Part shown: positions 5,139 to 13,147 of the stretch, piece by piece
How positions within the stretch are numbered: position 1 is the first letter of the stretch
Layout of the letters: each line of letters opens with the position of its first letter
NCBI GenBank assembly: GCA_964456605.1
Contig: CAYWAL010000028.1
Coordinates: 1 to 13,169 of the forward strand
From: an uncultured Candidatus Saccharibacteria bacterium
Lineage (GTDB): Bacteria; Patescibacteriota; Minisyncoccia; JAHIHE01; JAGLIN01
DNA: 13,169 bases
Direction: 5' to 3'
Made by a program: the position numbers and the translations under genes
The notes under the pieces: model-generated
Told to the model about the DNA's origin: nothing
Seen by the model: only the letters and a program-made list of their open reading frames with translations
Database searches by the model: none

Positions 5139-7577
5139 TCAGTACTTATCGCCAGTAAGCATAGAATCAATATTTTCTATATGCTTCTCAAGCGTAACGA
5201 ACTCTTTGACCTCTTTATTCTTTTTCAAATTTTCTACTTGTTCTTCAAGTCTCTTTATCTTATTCTTATCTTGATCTTTTTCTTTCTTTCCTTTTTCCCT
5301 CTCCAGCTCCGCTCTAGATCGTATAAAATTACTCACATCCTCTACTTGCTTTAACCCCTCCAACTGCGCTTCTTTTGATTCCCTAATAAAGCCAACTTTT
5401 TCCTGCTCTCCTTCTCTATTAAGAGCACGAATCTGAGAAGCAGTTGCGCTATATCCATACTTTCTAAGTTGCTCCGGTTTAAACTTTGCAATTTCTTTAG
5501 CACTGAAATCAGCAAAAGCCTTTTCTATATCTTCCTTTAATACTCTCCCTCCCTTCGTAAACGCCTCTTCTAAATCAGCTCCCACTTTTACTGCATTAAT
5601 TCTATACTCTCTATCCTTTTCTATATCAGCCGGACTATCACTGGTATTTGCCAAATAACCTTTCTGCAACAACATTCTTTGATCCTCCGCCATTCTGGAC
5701 ATACTGCTCTTTCTTTGATCAGAAGTTTGTGCCTCATGCCATACCCTTGCAGACATCGGATCATCCAGCCCTTGAACTTCATGGGCTTTTCCTTCTCTTA
5801 TTATGTCAGCCATTTTTTCCTTCATCACTTCTTCCTTTGCTTTCTTTTCTGCCTCTTTCTGTGAATATTCTGGGTATCGGTCCAGGTATTCGGCTGTCTT
5901 CTCAGCCACTTTTCTTCTTCCTTCACTAGTCTCTGTTGCAAGATTCAAATTCTTGCTAGTTATTTCCTCTAAGGTCTTCCTACTAAGAACTCGTTCTGCT
6001 TCCACCATATACTTCGCGTACTTTGGATCTCCTAGCTTACCCTGCGCCGCAGCTGCTCTTAACAATAAGGCTTTGTCTTCTGTTGTTCCCAAACGACCAC
6101 TAGCTTTTTCCTCCAACAACTTCAGATCAATGTTCTTCAAATCTCCAAACTTTATTTCCATTTCTTTCTCCTTCGCTTCTCTTTGTCGTTCAACTTCCGC
6201 TCTATTTTTAAGCACCATATCTTTTCCTACGATAGGGATATGTTTTACAACTCTTTCTTTTTGCTTCCTACCCCAGCTTGAAACTCTTGCACCAGTTCTT
6301 TTATCAACTGCTGACGCTGCTTTGTAAGCACCTCTTCCCGCCATTTTCAATCCCACGTATGTTCCCATCGCAATCTTCCCCACACCCATAGTACTGCCAA
6401 TTAACCTGTCAGTGCCTGCAATTCCAAGTCTCTGAGTAAGAGGTATTACTGCGTACAACATAGCCATAGATACAGTATATGGCAAAATATTGCTAATAAT
6501 TCCACCTAGACCATTCTTTACATCAGTACTAAGATCCGTCGCTGGAATCCTGCCAACAAGTGAATTTCCCATCACACTCGCAAGGTATACAAAAAACATA
6601 AAAAGAGGACCAAATAGGGAATATGAAAATATCTTCTGCCACCACTCATGGGCATATCCTCTGGTTGAAGGAAGAACTATTCCAAAGAATGCAATCGGTG
6701 AAAGAATAATCAAAATTGCAAACATAATGAGCCGAATGAGAAGAAATCCCGCAAGCATTATGTAGATACACCCCATCACGAAAACAAATATAAAAGCAAA
6801 CGCGGCCCCAACCATATTCTGAAGGTTATATCCTCCCTTCGGCGGATTAGCTACACTATATTGATTCCTAAATGCATCCGCTATAGAAGTAAGACTTCCC
6901 ATTGCCCCATCATTGCCACTAAAAGTCCCCATCCAATCTCTTATAGCATACATAAAAATCTGTCCGAAATCAATTATAACTCCTGCAATTACCGCGCTGA
7001 AGTTTATCAAAAATACAGCTATTATGAACTTTGGAAGAAGATTCTTTGCGCTATATTCTTGAAATCTGAAAATCGTTGCAAAAGCAATCAAAAGAAGAAA
7101 GAAAACAAAGAACATATTACACATATCTCTCACAGTTGTCCATCCAATCATAACAGGAGAATTCGGATCCTGGACATTCAAAAGTGTCGAATAGAGCCCA
7201 CCTTCCAACATTACATCAACCAGCCAAGCTCCAATTTTTACAAACCATGAAGCAAAGAATAGTCCAATTGATGCAAGAACATAAACAACCACATAAACAA
7301 GCTTGTATGCCGCTTTCTCTACGAAGCCGCCAAGTGAAGGCCAAGACCAAGCTAAAGCGGTATACGCCGGCATACTGACAGCAAAGAGAGTAAAAACCAG
7401 CAATGCAAGATGCTTACCCTTTGCTATTCTTGGAAAACTTTTGTTGCCAGCAGGAGCGCTAAAACATACGCCGCCCGCTCTGGAGCAATTCTTTGAAGCT
7501 GTAGCCATGTTTTTGAATATAAGTATTATTCCAGTATTCGTCCATTCCTGTAAATCAGTAGCTCTCAATGTAAACAA
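5139..7577 (-). CDS. VirB6/TrbL/TcpH-like polytopic membrane protein with ~370-aa charged coiled-coil C-terminal tail
   Basis: The N-terminal ~440 aa contain at least 8 hydrophobic helices (e.g. LVYVVVYVLASIGLFFASWFV, MFFVFFLLLIAFATIF, FIIAVFLINFSAVIAGVII, AAFAFIFVFVMGCIYIMLAGFLLIRLIMFAILIILSPIAFFGIVL). The C-terminal ~370 aa are K/E/R-rich with heptad-like character. Position and architecture match VirB6-family proteins of Gram-positive conjugation systems (ConG, TcpH, PrgH). The track start at 7577 is TTG; the true start may be the ATG at 7508 (MATASKN... preceding a signal/TM-like KGKHLALLVFTLFAVSMPAYTALA). Confidence 0.55.
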   Translation of the reverse strand: MFTLRATDLQEWTNTGIILIFKNMATASKNCSRAGGVCFSAPAGNKSFPRIAKGKHLALLVFTLFAVSMPAYTALAWSWPSLGGFVEKAAYKLVYVVVYVLASIGLFFASWFVKIGAWLVDVMLEGGLYSTLLNVQDPNSPVMIGWTTVRDMCNMFFVFFLLLIAFATIFRFQEYSAKNLLPKFIIAVFLINFSAVIAGVIIDFGQIFMYAIRDWMGTFSGNDGAMGSLTSIADAFRNQYSVANPPKGGYNLQNMVGAAFAFIFVFVMGCIYIMLAGFLLIRLIMFAILIILSPIAFFGIVLPSTRGYAHEWWQKIFSYSLFGPLFMFFVYLASVMGNSLVGRIPATDLSTDVKNGLGGIISNILPYTVSMAMLYAVIPLTQRLGIAGTDRLIGSTMGVGKIAMGTYVGLKMAGRGAYKAASAVDKRTGARVSSWGRKQKERVVKHIPIVGKDMVLKNRAEVERQREAKEKEMEIKFGDLKNIDLKLLEEKASGRLGTTEDKALLLRAAAAQGKLGDPKYAKYMVEAERVLSRKTLEEITSKNLNLATETSEGRRKVAEKTAEYLDRYPEYSQKEAEKKAKEEVMKEKMADIIREGKAHEVQGLDDPMSARVWHEAQTSDQRKSSMSRMAEDQRMLLQKGYLANTSDSPADIEKDREYRINAVKVGADLEEAFTKGGRVLKEDIEKAFADFSAKEIAKFKPEQLRKYGYSATASQIRALNREGEQEKVGFIRESKEAQLEGLKQVEDVSNFIRSRAELEREKGKKEKDQDKNKIKRLEEQVENLKKNKEVKEFVTLEKHIENIDSMLTGDKY

Positions 7578-8110
7578 GAAAACATATTCTTGTTCATTCC
7601 CTACTACTCCCTGAAAATAGGTACAAACAAGCCACTTTTAAGATAAGCTATGGAATTTTATTTCTGCGTATTAAGGTGGTATTTATATTTCGCATCTGCG
7701 CTAGATATAAAAGTTGAGATATTCAAACCTACACTTCAACAATTCTCCTTTTTCCCACAAGACCATCCTTGGGAAACAATAGCACAACTGTTGTTATCAG
7801 ACTGCATAGTTTACCTGCCTTACAAGAAGATGTGATCCTTCACTCTTTTTAGTTGCTCAAGATGACGACTATCTTGCTGAACCAATAAAAACTATGTTTC
7901 CTTTATCCAGCAGAAGACCTATTGCCTTTTCTCCTTTTTGCATTCTTGTAGCAGTTTTTTCAAGACTTACAAGACAGAAGACACAAAACTCTCCTTTTCT
8001 CTCCTTTCAAAATATCCTTCAGCTAATTTCGCAGCATAGCAGAGCCCAATAAGAAAGAGCTAGGCTTTCTATATAACTTGCAGGTGTATTATAACATAAA
8101 AATATAAAAA

Positions 8111-8146
8111 GCAAAATAAAAAGGACAGGGAAATTATTCTCTGTCC
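8111..8146 (-). terminator. Rho-independent terminator of the SPFH operon
   Basis: Minus-strand sense: GGACAG-agaataatttcc-CTGTCC (stem 8123-8128/8141-8146) followed by TTTTTATTTTGC (8111-8122). It lies ~40 nt downstream of the stop of ORF 8187..8909. Confidence 0.5.
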
Positions 8147-8186
8147 AAAAACTAAGATTTATTTACTCTTTTGTTCTTTACTAATG

Positions 8187-8909
8187 TTATTTACTAAACG
8201 GATTTAGCTTCCATTTCACAGCGCCGTAGGGGGACTCTAGATCGTCTATGATTAATTTTCCTCTGATCTTTACAACAACTGTGAATTCTCTTTCTTTCGG
8301 TTCCCTTAAAAGACAACTTGAGATCACTCCTTCTTCTCCCAAGTAAGCAACAGGACAATACCGTTTTTTTTCCCTGACCCACTCTATCCTTGCATAGTAC
8401 TCTCTTGGCAAGGTGGCTGAAACACTGATAGGATAAAAATTAATATCTCTGTACCCCACCTCCGTTGGACCGTTGTCCACAAAGGTGGTATAAATCGTTC
8501 CTCTGCCGCTTATCACCTTAAAGGAAATCCATGGATTTTTTATCTTGATTCTTTTGCTTATTTTGCAGTCCCCATCTACAAACAACGCTCTCTGCTGAAT
8601 GCGGCAGTCGCCAGAAATACTGTACCCTTTGCTGATTTTGTTGTCGTCAAAATCCTCCACTCTGCCTATGTTATAGGCAAAAAGGTGAAGGATTGGCAGG
8701 AAGACAACCAGCAAGATAAAAATAGCCAATATGATTATTTTTATCTCTATGAGCGTTGCGATAGACACTGAGGCAGTAGCCAGAATCACTATGACAAAAA
8801 AAATTGCTACTCCCAATAATCCCAGCTTGATACCGCTGATCTGCCAGACGAGAAGAAAAAGAACACCGAAAATTAATCCTCTAATTGGGGCAAGGATATC
8901 TGTTTTCAT
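8187..8909 (-). CDS. Membrane protein (3 N-terminal TM helices + ~160-aa Cys-containing beta-rich domain); possible NfeD-like partner of the SPFH protein
   Basis: The start ATG overlaps the upstream stop (ATGA at 8906-8909) and is preceded by a strong GGAGGTGA Shine-Dalgarno motif. TM helices GLIFGVLFLLVWQISGI, LGLLGVAIFFVIVILATASVSIATLI and IIILAIFILLVVFLPILHLFAY. The NfeD assignment rests only on architecture and on operon partnership with a band-7 protein. Confidence 0.7.
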   Translation of the reverse strand: MKTDILAPIRGLIFGVLFLLVWQISGIKLGLLGVAIFFVIVILATASVSIATLIEIKIIILAIFILLVVFLPILHLFAYNIGRVEDFDDNKISKGYSISGDCRIQQRALFVDGDCKISKRIKIKNPWISFKVISGRGTIYTTFVDNGPTEVGYRDINFYPISVSATLPREYYARIEWVREKKRYCPVAYLGEEGVISSCLLREPKEREFTVVVKIRGKLIIDDLESPYGAVKWKLNPFSK

Positions 8910-10198
8910 TCCTTCTCACCTCCTCGCAGTATTTTTAATATTTCTAGCAGTGAGACACCTGAACTCAACAGGTCCCCGAGACCAGGAATTACCGGTCTTC
9001 CTTCTCTCTGAATCTTGTAGTCCTTTATCAATCTGAGACATCTTTCAAATGATACCTCCTCTCCTGCTTCCTGGAATTTTTTCCACAGAAGCTCCGCTTG
9101 CTCGAGTTCCGTTTCCGTCTCATAGACTTCAAAGTCTCTTTCCAGTTTTTCAAGCTCTCGCTTTTCTATTTCTTTACCATACTCCCCAGCGGGCTTGACG
9201 GGACCGATCGTGAATCTATAGATTTTAATACCCATTAAATGAGTATCTGGCAGCCCGTTCCTGAGCTCCTCAATAGAATCGGAACCCGTAAGACGCTTGA
9301 TTACTTCTTGGATCGCTTCTTTTTTGGATCCAAGAAGTTCTTCCACTGAAAACTTCTTTGCCCATATCCTGAGGATGTCCGGGATCAGGTCCTCGGTAGT
9401 ATCCTCTACTCCTTTTCTCCCTCCGATGTTTATGTATTCCATTAAACGCTCGGGGTCAGGGGAATACACTAGAGATACGCCCTTTAGTTCAATTAGAACG
9501 TTTCCTTTCGAGTAGACGTCCTCTATTTTGAAGTCTTGATTGACTTTCTCTACATTTATCGGAATAAAGTCAATTATGGGAGGCGCCCGAAGAGCATAGC
9601 CTTCTTTGAGAACTATGTTATGCCTCTCTCCCAGTATTGTCACTAGCCCCAAATGCGGCGGTCTCGCTTCTATCACCCGGATATTTTTTAATAAATACCT
9701 GACTACAGCATACACCACGAGTAGCAACAACAAGATGAATAAGAGCGCCATTATAACTGTTCCAAAGTTAAGCCAGATTATCAGCAAGAAAAGCAGGAAA
9801 AAAACAGCAATCAATCTTGCTAATCTATGCGCGCCGGCTGTCAGCAGAAGGCTGAAAGCGATCACTGCCTGGTCCATAGTTCCCAGCTGTTTTCCTTCAT
9901 ATTTCAACAGTCTTGTCTTTATCTCGTCAATAATGTCATCTCTACTTTTACTGGTCATCATTAGTATCAGCGCCAGCACAGCAGTGACAGTCACCATCAG
10001 CCTTGCTGAAGGAGCAATCACTGTCATCACTATAAACAAAGCTACCGCTAGAATAGCTACTATTCCTCCAGCAGATGACGCTTTTCTTGCATTCTCCTTT
10101 TTTTCTTTTCCTCCTCCAATTACCTCTCCCGGTTGAGGGAGATCTATCTTTTTTTCTTCTTTCATTTTCTCACCTCTTTTTGATATTTTAATATTCAA
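8906..10198 (-). CDS. SPFH/band-7 (stomatin/flotillin/HflK-C family) membrane protein with N-terminal multi-TM region and C-terminal coiled coil
   Basis: SPFH-core-like segment HLGLVTILGERHNIVLKEGYALRAPPIIDFIPINVEKVNQDFKIEDVYSKGNVLIELKGVSLVYSPDPERLMEYI (pattern G.v...G....vL.pG.h...P.i....v......d.....T.D...v.vd..v.y.i.Dp). Three to four N-terminal hydrophobic helices. C-terminal EKRELEKLERDFEVYETETELEQAELL coiled coil. The track start at 10198 is TTG; the ATG at 10165 (MKEEKKIDL...) is preceded by AAAGAGGTGAG and is the likely true start. Confidence 0.75.
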   Translation of the reverse strand: MNIKISKRGEKMKEEKKIDLPQPGEVIGGGKEKKENARKASSAGGIVAILAVALFIVMTVIAPSARLMVTVTAVLALILMMTSKSRDDIIDEIKTRLLKYEGKQLGTMDQAVIAFSLLLTAGAHRLARLIAVFFLLFLLIIWLNFGTVIMALLFILLLLLVVYAVVRYLLKNIRVIEARPPHLGLVTILGERHNIVLKEGYALRAPPIIDFIPINVEKVNQDFKIEDVYSKGNVLIELKGVSLVYSPDPERLMEYINIGGRKGVEDTTEDLIPDILRIWAKKFSVEELLGSKKEAIQEVIKRLTGSDSIEELRNGLPDTHLMGIKIYRFTIGPVKPAGEYGKEIEKRELEKLERDFEVYETETELEQAELLWKKFQEAGEEVSFERCLRLIKDYKIQREGRPVIPGLGDLLSSGVSLLEILKILRGGEKE

Positions 10199-10233
10199 TT
10201 GTCAAACAGCATCCCTAAAAGGGGACGGTGAAT

Positions 10234-10276
10234 CATAAAATAAAAAGCAGGATCAGTCAACCCCACTATCTCCTGC
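10234..10276 (-). terminator. Rho-independent terminator downstream of ksgA
   Basis: Minus-strand sense: GCAGGA-gatagtggggttgactga-TCCTGC (stem 10247-10252/10271-10276, with inner AGT/ACT pairing) followed by TTTTTATTTTATG. It is immediately followed by TTGACA (10205-10200 on minus), a possible -35 for the SPFH operon. Confidence 0.45.
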
Positions 10277-10383
10277 CAGCGCAAGATCTAAATGACACAC
10301 CTAACAGCAAGTCAACCTCTTTTTGAAAAACAAGCAAAATAACCAAACAGACATTGCTGACAGAGATGAACCGTAAAAATACC

Positions 10384-11460
10384 TTACCCTACCAACTCCG
10401 TCAATTTTTTCCAATCATCTATGCCAAGCTCCTGCGCGCGCGCATCGGGATTTATCTTCAATCTCAACAGCACCTTGGAAATGTCTTCTTTATTAACTCC
10501 TAGGCCGGCGGACAAATTATTAACGAGTTTTTTTCGCTTTGACGAAAAACCAATCTTTATAACTCTAAACAACTTTTTATAGTAACCAGCAGAAAAACTT
10601 TGTCTCATATTTCTTATTCTCAATATCGCCGAGCGAACTTTTGGTTCAGGATAGAATGAGGATTTGTTTACCCAGCCAACAATCTCGGGCTCTCCATAAA
10701 GTTGCACACTAAGAGCAAGTATATTCAACTTTCCTTTTTTTGCGCATATCCTTTCAGCCACCTCTTTCTGGACAAGCAAAACTATAAGCTTCGGTTGGAT
10801 ATTGCTTTCTAAAAACAATCTTATTACAGGCGAGGTTATATAGTACGGAATATTAGAAATCAATTTATATCCATGCTTCCCATCCAAACCATACTTCTTA
10901 ATAATTTCGCTCAAGTTCATTTTCAAAATGTCACCTTCTATGATTTTAACATTCCTAATCTTTCTCTCTTGTTCTCCTTTCAGACAAGCATAATACAGGC
11001 TTCCATCAGAAAAATAACGGTTTGCCCGCAAACCGTTATTGTGTGATGTTTCTTGCGAAAAGCAGCCATCTCGTTTTTGCTGTCTAAGATTCTTTCTATG
11101 TTCCAAAGTAGACACAGCAGTACTGCAAGAGTCGCCGCAAGAAATCCTCATTCTTAGCAACTCAGCTATTCTTTTATCTTTCTCAATTGCAATCACCCTA
11201 GCGCACCTTTTGGCAAGTTCTTCGGTGAGCGTCCCAAGACCAGGACCTATTTCTATCACTGAATCGTCCCTGCTAAGCTCAGCAGAGCAAATAATTCTAT
11301 TTAAAACTTTCCTATCAACAAGAAAGTTTTGCCCCATGCTCTTTGCGATCCTGAAGTTCTTTTCTCTAAATATTTTCCTGATCTGCTCTTTGGAAAGCAT
11401 AATCTGCTTAATTATCCACAGCGGGTGATAAGACCTCTGCGTTTTGAAAGCATCCTGCAT
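10384..11460 (-). CDS. rsmA: 16S rRNA (adenine1518/1519-N6)-dimethyltransferase KsgA/RsmA, with an atypical ~58-aa insertion
   Basis: Motifs GQNFLVD, VIEIGPGLGTLTEEL (SAM-binding), AIEKD (acidic residue), NVKIIEGDILK, ISNIPYYITSP and LVQKEVAERI are all canonical for KsgA. The likely true start is the ATG at 11400 (MLSKEQIRKIFREKNFRIAKSMGQNFL). The insertion between AIEKDKRIAELLRMRI and NVKIIEGD is absent from E. coli and B. subtilis KsgA as recalled from memory. Confidence 0.9.
   Translation of the reverse strand: MQDAFKTQRSYHPLWIIKQIMLSKEQIRKIFREKNFRIAKSMGQNFLVDRKVLNRIICSAELSRDDSVIEIGPGLGTLTEELAKRCARVIAIEKDKRIAELLRMRISCGDSCSTAVSTLEHRKNLRQQKRDGCFSQETSHNNGLRANRYFSDGSLYYACLKGEQERKIRNVKIIEGDILKMNLSEIIKKYGLDGKHGYKLISNIPYYITSPVIRLFLESNIQPKLIVLLVQKEVAERICAKKGKLNILALSVQLYGEPEIVGWVNKSSFYPEPKVRSAILRIRNMRQSFSAGYYKKLFRVIKIGFSSKRKKLVNNLSAGLGVNKEDISKVLLRLKINPDARAQELGIDDWKKLTELVG
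11013..11040. repeat. 28-bp perfect palindrome AATAACGGTTTGC-CC-GCAAACCGTTATT inside the ksgA insertion
   Basis: Seen in sequence: 11013-11025 aataacggtttgc is the exact reverse complement of 11028-11040 gcaaaccgttatt, giving a 13-bp stem with a 2-nt centre. It encodes ...HNNGLRANRYF... in the ksgA frame. Confidence 0.6.
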
Positions 11461-11585
11461 CTACCACAAAACGCTTTTTTTGGAATATGAACGATCAGGC
11501 GCGCAAGCAACATATCCAGCGCTTTCAAAACCCCGCAATGGCACTTTAATCTGGATACATATTTTGCAGAATGATGATCAAACCC

Positions 11586-12437
11586 TCAACAACAGTTGGG
11601 CTTTATCCTGCCTGTCTCAACTAAATAGTCTCTCAAAGCATCCTCCCAAGGTCTCATTGGAGGTAGCTTTGTATTTATGAGCATAGAATAAGTCGGCCTT
11701 TTGGCAGCCGTTTTAAACTCCTCAGACTTTACAGGCTTCACATTCACCTTCAAGCCAGAAAGCTCAAAAATTTTCAAGGCAAATTCATACCAACTACAAG
11801 CACCCGAGTTTGTTATGTGGTAAATTCCGTACGGCCTGTGAGATTCAATCAGCTCTTTGACTTTTTCTGCCAAGTCTTTGACATAAGTTGGACTTCCAAA
11901 CTGGTCATTAACCACTTTTATATCTTTACCTTCGCTAGCAAGGCGCAGCATTGTTTCAACAAAATTTTTTCCATTTTTTCCGAAAAGCCAAGACGTTCTT
12001 ACTAGATAATATCTCGGTTCAATATCGAGAATCATTTTCTCTCCGAGCAGTTTTGACTTTCCATAAACACAAAGCGGCTCTTTCGGCGGATAGTCCTCCT
12101 TGTATCCAAGATGATTCTCTCCATCAAAAACATAGTCGGTGCTGAAATGAACAAAAAGCGCATTCGTCTTTTTGCAAACAGTCGCCAAAAAACCGACTGC
12201 ACAGCCATTAACCTTATAGGCTATATCTTTATTCGACTCTGCATCGTCAACTGCAGTGTATGCTGCCGCGTTAATAACCACATCTGGCTTTAGCATGCCA
12301 ACTTTATGCATAACCTCCTCTCTATTGGCAATATCAACATCTGATCTATCCCACAAAACAAGATCGCTTTCATTCTTAAAAACTTCAGCAAGCTCGCTAC
12401 CTAACATTCCTTTAGATCCTAAAACCAAAGTTTTCAT
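11586..12437 (-). CDS. rfbD: dTDP-4-dehydrorhamnose reductase (RmlD/RfbD)
   Basis: N-terminal Rossmann motif MKTLVLGSKGMLGSEL. STDYVFDG, the catalytic YGKSKLLGE, and RTSWLFG are hallmark RmlD motifs. Length 283 aa is typical. Confidence 0.9.
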   Translation of the reverse strand: MKTLVLGSKGMLGSELAEVFKNESDLVLWDRSDVDIANREEVMHKVGMLKPDVVINAAAYTAVDDAESNKDIAYKVNGCAVGFLATVCKKTNALFVHFSTDYVFDGENHLGYKEDYPPKEPLCVYGKSKLLGEKMILDIEPRYYLVRTSWLFGKNGKNFVETMLRLASEGKDIKVVNDQFGSPTYVKDLAEKVKELIESHRPYGIYHITNSGACSWYEFALKIFELSGLKVNVKPVKSEEFKTAAKRPTYSMLINTKLPPMRPWEDALRDYLVETGRIKPNCC

Positions 12438-12571
12438 AAGACAAAAACATTCCGGCTAAAACAGCCTCATTTTTAACCTAATTACTTTTTTCCACAAAAA
12501 GACTCTGCAGTAAAGACGCTGCCCAGCTTCCAAGACTTAATTAATATTCTTTCTCGCTGGGCTATCTTGGA

Positions 12572-13147
12572 CTATTTTACGATCTTATCCACAATTCCAT
12601 ACCTTTTCGCTTCCTCGGCGCTCATATAGAAATCTCTGTCCGTATCTTTCTCAATCTTCTCCAATGGTTGTCCAGTGTTCTTTGATAATATCTTGTTCAA
12701 TCTGTCTCTCACTTTCATAATGTGTCTAGCAGAAATATCAATATCAGTCGCTTGTCCTTCTGCTCCTCCCATCACTTGGTGGATCAATACCTCTGCATTA
12801 GGCAAAATTAATCTTTTGCCCTTAGCTCCGCTGGACAAAAGCAAAGATGCTGCGGAAGCTGCAAGCCCGATACACACAGTTGAAACATCGCATTTTATAT
12901 AATTCATCGTATCATAAATTGCAAGGCACGATGTTACAACTCCTCCCGGCGAATTTATATATAACATTACATCTGCCTTTTTGTCCTGCTTTTCCAAAAA
13001 TAACAACTGAGCAATTACCGAGTTAGCCACTGCATCATTTATGGGGCCTCCAATAAAAATGATTCTCTCTTTAAGGAGCCTTGAATAAATATCATAGGCT
13101 CTTTCCCCATATGCCGATTTTTCAATTACTGTTGGAACTAAATTCAT
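12572..13147 (-). CDS. clpP: ATP-dependent Clp protease proteolytic subunit ClpP
   Basis: Catalytic triad context is conserved: [11 protein letters not shown] (Ser), LIHQVMGG (His), [10 protein letters not shown] (Asp). The N-terminal region [35 protein letters not shown] is typical. An AGGTG Shine-Dalgarno motif lies 4 nt upstream of the ATG at 13147. Confidence 0.95.
   Translation of the reverse strand: MNLVPTVIEKSAYGERAYDIYSRLLKERIIFIGGPINDAVANSVIAQLLFLEKQDKKADVMLYINSPGGVVTSCLAIYDTMNYIKCDVSTVCIGLAASAASLLLSSGAKGKRLILPNAEVLIHQVMGGAEGQATDIDISARHIMKVRDRLNKILSKNTGQPLEKIEKDTDRDFYMSAEEAKRYGIVDKIVK

Noticed and set aside
5648-7614. Plus-strand ORFs (61-174 aa) antisense to the VirB6-like gene
   Set aside because: The coding strand is AG-rich (Lys/Glu codons), so the antisense strand is CT-rich and naturally stop-poor. 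The products are low-complexity (S/F/L-rich) and entirely overlap a better-supported gene.
7736-7807. 23-codon minus-strand ORF MQSDNNSCAIVSQGWSCGKKENC as a bacteriocin or small-protein gene
   Set aside because: It has only a weak SD and no leader or processing motif. An ORF this short is expected by chance in 600 bp of non-coding DNA. It is mentioned in a finding but not annotated as a feature.
9606-10136. 176-aa plus-strand ORF antisense to the SPFH gene; also 11039..11428 antisense to ksgA and 11817..12459 ORFs antisense to rmlD
   Set aside because: They fully overlap confidently identified minus-strand genes and have no recognisable features. They are shadow ORFs.
10957-11142. Intein or self-splicing intron inside ksgA
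   Set aside because: The insert is only ~190 nt or ~60 aa and lacks intein terminal residues. It is too short for group I or II introns and is in-frame without stops. A lineage-specific loop insertion or a MITE-like remnant is more parsimonious.
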